Of a stretch of 64,000 nt of DNA, positions 50,652 through 64,000 are shown one piece after another. The notes beneath the pieces were generated by a model. The model worked only from the letters and a program-made list of their open reading frames with translations. It did not search any database and was not told where the DNA came from. The stretch's first letter is position 1. Each line of letters starts with the position of its first letter. The DNA comes from an uncultured delta proteobacterium (lineage in GTDB: Bacteria > Myxococcota_A > Polyangia > Polyangiales > Polyangiaceae): assembly GCA_963841435.1 (NCBI GenBank), contig CAWJCS010000004.1:768001-832000 (forward strand). Reading direction: 5' to 3'. Both the position numbers and the translations under genes were made by a program.

Positions 50652-52165
50652 TCAAGCGCAGCGTCCGGCCGTCCGCGCCGAAGTCGTCGCGAACACCGCC
50701 GCGAGATGGTGGGCGATCGCGGTCTCGATGTATTCGAAGGCGTAGGCCTCGCTTACGATGATCCCGGCCGCGGCCAGCGCATCCGACGGACAGCGCCCGA
50801 TTTTCGCGCACAGGACGATCGAGACCCCTCGAGGGCGGCGATCGTTGCCGCCAGCACATCATCGTCGCCATCGCCGCCCGGCAGTAGCGCTCGATCCGGC
50901 GATGGCCGACGAAGCGGATGCCGTCGGCATCGGCGGCGAAGATCTTGAATTCATCGGCATGGCCGAAGTGCTGGTTGACCCGGCCGCCGCCCTTGCTGCA
51001 GGCCGCGATCAGGACAGGCTCGGCAAGCCCGAGGCTGCGGACGACGGCGGCGGCATCGGCGGCCTCGTCGCCCTTGTCTTCGCGTTCGCGGGCGACGACG
51101 GCGCGATAGGCCGTCCGTTCGGCCTCGCTCGCACGGACGGCTTCGGCATCGGTCTCCGGCAGCGATCGCAGTGCAAACTCGCTTCCGCGGTCCTCGCCGA
51201 GCAGGCCGACGGCATCGGCCCGGCACTGCCGGCAATGCCGCATCAGCCGGGCATCGCCACCAAGCCGGTCCTGCGCCGCCTGCAGCTCCGCCGGCGTCGG
51301 CCCGCGCTGGCCGGTGAGGCCGTAGTGCGGTGCCGTGCCGGGGATCGGAGATCAGCGGCATGATGTTGTGCAGGAAGGCGCCGCGACGGCGGACCTCGGC
51401 GTTGACCTCGGCGAGATGCAGATCGTTGATGCCGGGGATCAGGACCGAGTTGACCTTGACCAGCACGCCGCGCCGCGACCAGCGCGTCGAGGCCGGCGCA
51501 GCTGCCGGTCGCGCAGCACCGTCGCCGCCTCCAGCCCGGTCAGCCGGCGATGGCTCAAAGAACACCCACGGCGTAGATGCGGGCGCCGATTTCGGGGTCG
51601 ATGGCGTTGATGGTGATGGTGACGTGATCGATGCCGAGCTCGCTGATCGTCGTCGACGTGATCGGGCAGGGCGAGGCCGTTGGTCGAGAGACAGAGCTTG
51701 AGATCGGGCAGTTCCTCGCGCAGACCGGCGGAAGGTGGCGAAGGTGTGCCGGTGATCGGCGAGCGCGTCGCCCGGTCCGGCGATGCCGACGACCGACAGT
51801 TCCGGCATCCGTTTCGGCGACGGCCAGCACCTTCCTGACGCCGTCGCTCCGGCGACAGCCGCTCGCTGACGACACCCGGGCGGCTCTCGTTGGCGCAGTC
51901 GTACTTGCGGTTGCAGTAGTGGCACTGGATGTTGCACGCCGGCGCCACCGCCACGTGCATGCGGGCGAAGTAGTGGTGGGCGTCCTCGTTGTAGCAGGGG
52001 TGGTCCTCGATGCGGGCGAGGATGTCGGGCGGCAACGTCTGCGCGGGTCGGCGCCTGATCGCAGCCCTGGGAGGACGGGCAGCCGGCGCGTTTCGGACTC
52101 GCCGCTGCCGCGGCGGTGGACGTGCGCTGGAGCAGATCGTCGAGCGAGATGACCGTGCGGCCCAC
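50652..52165 (-). CDS. nifB: Radical SAM FeMo-cofactor biosynthesis protein NifB with C-terminal NifX-like domain (many indels)
   Basis: [78 protein letters not shown]. Confidence 0.95.
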
Positions 52166-52226
52166 CGGCGTCTCCTTTTGCGTTCCGTTCGACGCAGCGA
52201 CGGTCGCGGCGTCGGCGGATCATCTG

Positions 52227-52242
52227 TGCAAGGCGCGGGCCA
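52227..52242 (-). promoter_or_regulatory. Sigma54 promoter of nifB
   Basis: TGGCCC-GCGCC-TTGCA on the minus strand. Confidence 0.82.
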
Positions 52243-52301
52243 GCGGCACATCCTATTGAATTAAGCGGAAGAAATTGGGAGATCACCGGGTCCGCGGCGT
52301 C

Positions 52302-52336
52302 TGTCCGGTCCGCGACAGCCTGTCGGAAAGCCGACA
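52302..52336. promoter_or_regulatory. Two NifA upstream activator sequences for nifB
   Basis: TGT-N10-ACA at 52302-52317 and 52321-52336 (TGTCGG-AAAG-CCGACA palindrome). Confidence 0.85.
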
Positions 52337-52346
52337 GCCGCAGGCC

Positions 52347-54066
<1,720 letters not shown>

Positions 54067-54191
54067 CGCCGGCCTCGCAGAAGGATTACAGTTCGCCGGA
54101 ATGGCAGGGTTCTATCAACTCTCTGGGCGAAGCGCGGCCGGTCTCGTCTGCCATGACGCGCCGGTTTATCTGAAAAGTCACCTCCTATTGG

Positions 54192-54207
54192 AGCAAAAGA
54201 CGTGCCA
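54192..54207 (-). promoter_or_regulatory. Sigma54 promoter upstream of nifA
   Basis: TGGCAC-GTCTT-TTGCT on the minus strand. Confidence 0.82.
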
Positions 54208-54469
54208 TGCGGCGCCGTTCCAGTTTCGTCCCGTCCGGCAGTGAGCTTAGCCGGTTGCTGTGGAAAAGAAGCCGGAGATCGCGCTGATCAAAGCATGGCC
54301 ACTGGCGTCCGCCGTGCCCAAGCGTTGCGCATGCGCAGCGATGGAGCGAACGGCGGCGGGCACCTGCCGATCAAGACCGGCGCGGCCTTACCCTCAACTG
54401 GGGGTAGTGGCGCCACTCTGGCGCGACAACGAGAACCGGCGAAGTCGCCCCGATCAGGAAAGAGTCAGA

Positions 54470-55479
54470 TCAACGGGCGTTGCCGGCGGCGACCGCGGCA
54501 GCGATCACATCCTCGCCGATCCGCGCCCGGAACGGCTCCCAAGCCGGAAGGAAGGCCGCTCGCCACGCTTCCAGTTGCACCGGCGTCGGCTCGATGATGC
54601 GGGCGTCGCCGGCTTCGGCGATGATCCGCCGGTCGCTCACCGCCTGTTCGGCGGCGATGCGGCGCTCCTCGACGCTGACGTCGGCGATGATCCGCTCCAG
54701 CCCTTCGCGGACATCCGGCGGCAGGCCGTCCCAGAACGTCTGACTGGTGACCAGCATGTAGCCGAGGAAGCTATGGTTCGTTTCGGTGAAGTTGCGCACC
54801 AAGGGGTACATGCCGAATGAATAGATGTTCGACCAGGAGTTCTCGAGGCCGTTAATCAGCCCGCGCTTCAGAGCGTGCTTGATCTGCCCAAACGGCATCT
54901 GCAGGGCAATGACGCCGATGTTGGCGTACTGCTCCTGGAAGATGGCCGAATTCTCGACGCGGAAGGTCATGCCGTGGGCGTCATCCGGCAAGAACAGCGG
55001 TTCGGTCGGCGCCGATCACCCGCATGCCGCTGTCCCAGTAGGCGAGGCCCTTGAGGTCGCGCGTTCTTCATCGAATCGAGCAGGCCACGGCCGATGTCCG
55101 TATCCTGGAAGCGATGGACATGCTCCACATCCTTGAACAGGAACGGCAGCTCGAACACTTGCGTTGCCGGCGAATAGCGCTGGAACAGGGTGAACGATGG
55201 CGCCGCCAGTTCGACGTCGCCGAGGATCAGGGCGAGCAGGACCTCTTCATCGGTGAAGCGGCGCGATTCGGGATAGACGTCGACGCGGACGCGGCCGGGA
55301 AACGCCGCCTCCACGCGTTCCTTAAGGAGGTTGGCGCCGACCCCTTTCGGGGCATTTTCGGACACAACATGGGCGAAGCGGATGACGATCGGCTCCTTGG
55401 GCGGCTCCTCGGCGCGGCCGGCGACGGGTGAAGCCAGCGCCGACAGGAGGATCGCAATTGCGAACAGCAACCGTGGCAT
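54470..55479 (-). CDS. dctP: TRAP substrate-binding protein DctP, second copy (indels near 55010-55060)
   Basis: IRFAHVVSENAPKG, FELPFLF, GLENSWSNIY, TETNHSFLGY. Confidence 0.85.
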
Positions 55480-55535
55480 GAACGGCTCCCCTCCGTATCA
55501 GTTGTTTGTTGTCGTCCCGGTGAATGCGGGTGCCT

Positions 55536-58627
<3,092 letters not shown>

Positions 58628-58858
58628 TTACAAGGAAAGCGCGTTTTTTGGAAGACGAGAAACGTTCGGTGTGCGTCGCTGCAAGCAGGACGCGAGATCG
58701 ATGTGCGGACGGCCGCCGTTTCTTTCCCGAGTCTCCGGACCGCCGTAGACGACCATGGCATAGGCGGTCGGATCGTCGACGGCAACATCCTCCTTCCGCC
58801 GTGGGCAGGCAAGCTCCTCCTTCCGGACCCATAAAAACCCGCGCAGCACGATCTGAGC

Positions 58859-58891
58859 TTGACGCGGATTCAATAGACGATAAAGTTTATC
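58859..58891 (+). promoter_or_regulatory. Sigma70-like promoter overlapped by a palindrome, upstream of hyp-rrf2
   Basis: TTGACG-16 nt-TAAAGT; GATAAA-G-TTTATC palindrome at 58879-58891. Confidence 0.45.
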
Positions 58892-58934
58892 TACAAAGTA
58901 GCGATTCAAGGTGCGGACAGCCACGGAGACAGCG

Positions 58935-59348
58935 ATGCATGCGTTGCTTGAGCAGACCGTGAAGGGAGCACGACGCTTTTATGTGGCCGCCGGCAGTCGC
59001 GTCAGCGGCTGGTCGGTGCTGCCTCTCCGCCAGCGGGATGCGGAGAGGAGCCACCGGCGACTCGGCATCGGCAACAGCGATGCCGTTGATGGGCCGGACG
59101 GGCTGCTGCCGTCGCCCGATAGGGAAGAGCCCCGGCTTCTGGGAGAGTGGCTCGCCCCGGTTGAAGAGCCGGTTGCGGAGATCGGGACAACCGCTGCCGA
59201 CGCCGTCGCGGAAGATGGGGTCGCCTGGGATGTAGATGCCGTTGCAGAGCCGGCCGGCGATCTGGTGGCGCTCGGCACGCTCGTCTGCCTGTTGACGATC
59301 ATCTTCAGCCTGTCGGCCCTTGCCGGCCTCGCTCGCTTGATCCTCTGA
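58935..59348 (+). CDS. Hypothetical protein with C-terminal transmembrane helix
   Basis: GGAG RBS; acidic middle region; hydrophobic C-terminus. No family recognised. Confidence 0.45.
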   Translation: MHALLEQTVKGARRFYVAAGSRVSGWSVLPLRQRDAERSHRRLGIGNSDAVDGPDGLLPSPDREEPRLLGEWLAPVEEPVAEIGTTAADAVAEDGVAWDVDAVAEPAGDLVALGTLVCLLTIIFSLSALAGLARLIL

Positions 59349-59478
59349 AGTCGGTTGGTGGAGGGGAGCAGCTGCGGGTCGTCCCTACGGCGGCGCTGCC
59401 CGCAGTTCCTTCTTCGCCCGCCGTTGACGCGGAACGATATTCGTGGATAGGCTATTATGTCGATCGAAGCGCTGGGTA

Positions 59479-59931
59479 ATGCTGTCACACAAGGCCAAGT
59501 ACGCGCTGAAAGCGTTGTTCCGATTGGCGAGCGCGCCTCCGGGGACGATGATGCTTGTCGCCGACATCGCCGAAAAAGAGAACGCGCCGAAGAAGTTCCT
59601 CGAACTGATCCTCCTCGAACTCAAGCGCAACGGGCTCGTTTACAGCGTGCGCGGCCGCAACGGCGGCTATGCGCTGGCACACCCGGCGGCTCATATCACG
59701 CTCGGTCAGGTGATCCGACTGATGGACGGGCCGCTCGCACCGATTCCGTGTGCCAGCCTCAGCGGCTATCGGCAATGCGTCGACTGCACGAACGAGGATA
59801 CGTGCCCGGTTCGCGTGGCCATGCGCGAAGTCCGCGATGCCCTGGCGAAGATCCTCGACAACCGTACCCTCGTCGATGTGGGCCGGGCCGACGCGGCACG
59901 GCTGCTCAATCAGGTGCACGCCGACATCTGA
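59479..59931 (+). CDS. Rrf2 family transcriptional regulator with four Cys
   Basis: KAKYALKAL, PKKFLELIL, SVRGRNGGYAL, DGPLAPIPCAS...CVDC.....C. Confidence 0.92.
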   Translation: MLSHKAKYALKALFRLASAPPGTMMLVADIAEKENAPKKFLELILLELKRNGLVYSVRGRNGGYALAHPAAHITLGQVIRLMDGPLAPIPCASLSGYRQCVDCTNEDTCPVRVAMREVRDALAKILDNRTLVDVGRADAARLLNQVHADI

Positions 59932-59947
59932 TTTTTTTTCGCGATAA

Positions 59948-59968
59948 TGTCTATCAAATTAATGGACA
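59948..59968. promoter_or_regulatory. AT-rich inverted repeat upstream of sbp, candidate Rrf2 operator
   Basis: TGTCTATCAAATTAATGGACA; 8 of 10 symmetric positions pair. Confidence 0.55.
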
Positions 59969-60025
59969 AAATTCACTTACTCGTGTAGCGAATGGGACGA
60001 ACCGATCGATACAAAGGAGGCCAAT

Positions 60026-61069
60026 GTGGGTTCACGTCATGCGTTTATCGGTGGCGGTGTCGGTGTCGGGCTCCGCGCCGCGGTCGCTTTCGCGGTCGTC
60101 TCGGTGGCGCTCCCGGGGAATGCCGCCGAGGTCACCGTTCTGAATGTCTCGTACGATCCGACCCGAGAATTCTATCAGGAGTTCAACCCGGCCTTCGCTC
60201 GCCTGTGGGTGCAGACGTCCGGCGACAAGCTCGTCGTCCGCATGTCTCACGGCGGCTCCGGCAAGCAGGCCCGATCGGTGATCGACGGGCTGCAGGCGGA
60301 CGTGGTCACGCTGGCCCTCGCCTATGACATCGACGAGATCGCCGCTCGCACCAAGCTGATCCCGGCCGACTGGCAAAAGCGGCTGCCCGACAGCAGCGCG
60401 CCCTACACCTCGACGGTCGTTTTCCTCACCCGGACGGGCAACCCAAAAGCGATCAAGGATTGGGACGATCTGGCACGCGATGGCGTGGCGGTGATCACAC
60501 CGAATCCAAAAACGTCTGGTGGCGCCCGCTGGAACTTTCTCGCCGCCTGGGGGTACGCCCTGAAGCGCTGGCCGGGTGACGAGGCGAAGGCGGAGGAATT
60601 TGTCGGGCGGATCTTCAAGAACGTGCCGGTTCTGGAGACGGGAGCGCGAGGCGCCACGACGACCTTCGCCCAGCGCGGACTCGGGGATGTCTTGATCACC
60701 TGGGAAAACGAGGCGTTCCTTGCCAAAGAGGAGTTCGGCAAGGATGCCTTCGAGATTGTGATCCCCTCGGTCAGCATCCGTGCCGAGCCGACGGTCGCCC
60801 TCGTCGACGGCTGGGCCGACAAGCACGGCACCCGTACCGTCGCCGAGGCTTATCTCCGCTATCTCTATTCGCCGGAAGCTCAGCGCCTCGCCGCCAAGCA
60901 CTATTTCCGGCCGTCGCACCCGAGCGACGTGGCCGCCGCCGACCTCGAGCGCTTCCCGAAGCTGGACCTGTTCACCATCGACGATGTGTTCGGCGGCTGG
61001 CAGAAGGCACAGGCCCGCTTCTTCGCCGACGGCGGCGTTTTCGACAAGATCTACAGTCCGGCGAGGTAG
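60026..61069 (+). CDS. sbp: Sulfate ABC transporter substrate-binding protein
   Basis: [42 protein letters not shown]. Confidence 0.95.
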   Translation: MGSRHAFIGGGVGVGLRAAVAFAVVSVALPGNAAEVTVLNVSYDPTREFYQEFNPAFARLWVQTSGDKLVVRMSHGGSGKQARSVIDGLQADVVTLALAYDIDEIAARTKLIPADWQKRLPDSSAPYTSTVVFLTRTGNPKAIKDWDDLARDGVAVITPNPKTSGGARWNFLAAWGYALKRWPGDEAKAEEFVGRIFKNVPVLETGARGATTTFAQRGLGDVLITWENEAFLAKEEFGKDAFEIVIPSVSIRAEPTVALVDGWADKHGTRTVAEAYLRYLYSPEAQRLAAKHYFRPSHPSDVAAADLERFPKLDLFTIDDVFGGWQKAQARFFADGGVFDKIYSPAR

Positions 61070-61074
61070 CGATC

Positions 61075-61512
61075 ATGGCCACCATTGCGGCACGCATCGG
61101 TCTGAGGCGGCACGACAGCGTCCTTCCCGGCTTCCGGCTGACGCTCGGCCTGACCCTCGCCTATCTCGGGCTGATCGTCCTTCTGCCGCTGTCGGCACTC
61201 ATCATCAAATCCACCGGCTTGGGCTGGAGCGGATTTGTCGATGCCGCGTTCACGGCGAGGGCACTTGCAGCCTACAAGCTCAGCTTCGCGACGGCGCTGA
61301 CCGCCGGTGCGATCAACGTCGTCTTCGGCGTCATCGTCGCCTGGGTCCTCGTCCGCTACGAGTTTCCCGGCAAGCGGCTGATCGACGCCGTCGTCGATCT
61401 GCCGTTCGCCCTGCCGACCGCCGTCGCCGGCATCGCGCTCGCCACCATCTACGCCCGCAACGGCTGGGTCGGTGCGCCGCTGTCGATGCTCGGAATCGTC
61501 CTCGCTTTCACG
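61075..61512 (+). pseudogene. cysT: 5' half of sulfate permease CysT, fused in frame to a cysA fragment
   Basis: [40 protein letters not shown]; similarity stops at GIVLAFT. Confidence 0.88.
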
Positions 61513-62104
61513 CTGTTCAAGCACATGACCGTCTTCGATAACGTCGCCTTTGGCCTCCGCGTCAAACCGCGCACCGAGCGTCCCTAAACATCGAGGGTGA
61601 TCCGCCTCCTGCAACTCGTCCAGCTCGAGCCGTTCGTCGATCGCTACCCGACGCAGCTCTCCGGCGGTCAGCGGCAGCGCGTCGCCCTTGCCCGGGCGCT
61701 GGCCATCGAGCCGTCGGTCCTTGTCCTCGACGAGCCGTTCGGCGCCCTCGATGCCAAGGTCAGGAAGGGGCTTCGCCAGTGGCCCTGCCGTGCCGGCTCG
61801 ACGACGGCAAGGTGGTTTTCCCGGGAGGGGAATTGGTCGTCCCGAGTCCGATCAATGGAGCGGCGGTGAACGCCGTCGCCTTATGTCCGGCCGCACGACG
61901 TCGAGGTGTTCGGGAGCGCGGTCATGGTCGGGAGCGAGGCGGTCGTTCGTTAAGGTCGAGCTCGCCGTCGCCAGTTCGGACCAGATGGTGGAAGTCGATC
62001 TGTCGCGCGACGAGTTTCGCAAGCTGCATCTCAAAGTCGGCAAGCCGGTTTTCATGCGGGTCCGCAAAGCACGGGTTTTTGCCGAGACGGCGGCGTGCGG
62101 CTGA
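61513..62104 (+). pseudogene. cysA: Degraded sulfate ABC ATPase CysA (no Walker A, internal stop, internal deletion)
   Basis: [23 protein letters not shown] at 61585-61587, [33 protein letters not shown], then a jump to the C-terminal domain (YVRPHDV). Confidence 0.85.
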
Positions 62105-62162
62105 ACTGAATAAGAATTTAAACCGCCTTCGTTCTAGAACCTCATGCGGCCGCGGCTCCGGG

Positions 62163-63488
<1,326 letters not shown>

Positions 63489-63583
63489 TGTTTGTATCCT
63501 CTGCAAGATCGTTCGGGGGCCGCAGTCGGGTTCGGCATCGAGTCCATCGACGCCGGCGAGGGCGGGCGCGCGATCGGCACGGC

Positions 63584-64000
63584 TCATTGTCGGTGGCCCG
63601 CGGGCGGGTCCTTGATTGCGTCCAGCCGCTCGAGCGTCTCGGTGCGCCCGAGGACGGCCATGACCTGAAAGATCGGCGGCGACACCGTCGAACCGGTGAG
63701 CGCCGCCCGCAGCGGCTGGGCGATATCGCGCAACTTCAAAGACGCCCGCTCGGCGGCGAACCGGCGCAGCCGCTCCTCGAGGGTATCGACCGTCCAATCC
63801 GCAGGATCGGCGAGGACGGTCGCCACGTCGGCCAGCAAGCGGCGGTTTTCGTCGGTGAGCAGTCGATCGGCATCGGCGTTCATCGGTATGGGGGCGGCGA
63901 CCGCATAAAAAGCGGCGTTGTCGGCCAGTTCGACGAGGGTGCGGGCGCGCTCGCGAAGGCCGGGCAAACCCCTCATAATCCGGTCCCGGGCGGCTGGAAC
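63584..64000 (-). CDS. gltX: Glutamate--tRNA ligase, C-terminal part (5' end outside window)
   Basis: [11 protein letters not shown]...[26 protein letters not shown] anticodon-binding domain; gltX-gltA order. Confidence 0.88.
   Translation of the reverse strand, partial: VPAARDRIMRGLPGLRERARTLVELADNAAFYAVAAPIPMNADADRLLTDENRRLLADVATVLADPADWTVDTLEERLRRFAAERASLKLRDIAQPLRAALTGSTVSPPIFQVMAVLGRTETLERLDAIKDPPAGHRQ

Overview
The window has two halves that look like different organisms, joined at about 44,690-44,710. (1) 1-44.6 kb is very GC-rich and myxobacterium-like (Polyangiaceae-like by gene style; inference). It carries two Ser/Thr kinases, a hybrid His kinase, gatCA, rpsB-tsf with its S2 leader, thiG and a thiE-like gene, two Gly-rich secreted lipoproteins, and a ~23 kb surface-polysaccharide region (two gmd-like genes, five GT4s, Wzy-like, AsnB-like, KpsS-like, PhyH-like, two PseB-like, PseG-like and PseF-like genes). 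(2) 44.7-64 kb is Alphaproteobacteria-like: a nif region (truncated nifE, nifK and nifD remnants, nifH, draTG, dodecin, nifT, nifZ, fdxN, nifB, nifA), a TRAP operon with two dctP genes, rrf2-sbp-cysT'/'cysA, and gltA-gltX. The most striking feature is that nearly all of nifD and nifK is deleted: 40 NifD codons are fused to the last 38 NifK codons, while the sigma54 promoters, NifA boxes, nifH, nifB, nifA and draTG remain. The sulfate ABC operon carries similar deletions. Single-base frameshifts also hit essential genes (rpsB, tsf) and the housekeeping gene gltA, so those are treated as sequencing errors. All calls rest on motifs recognised by eye; no database searches were run.
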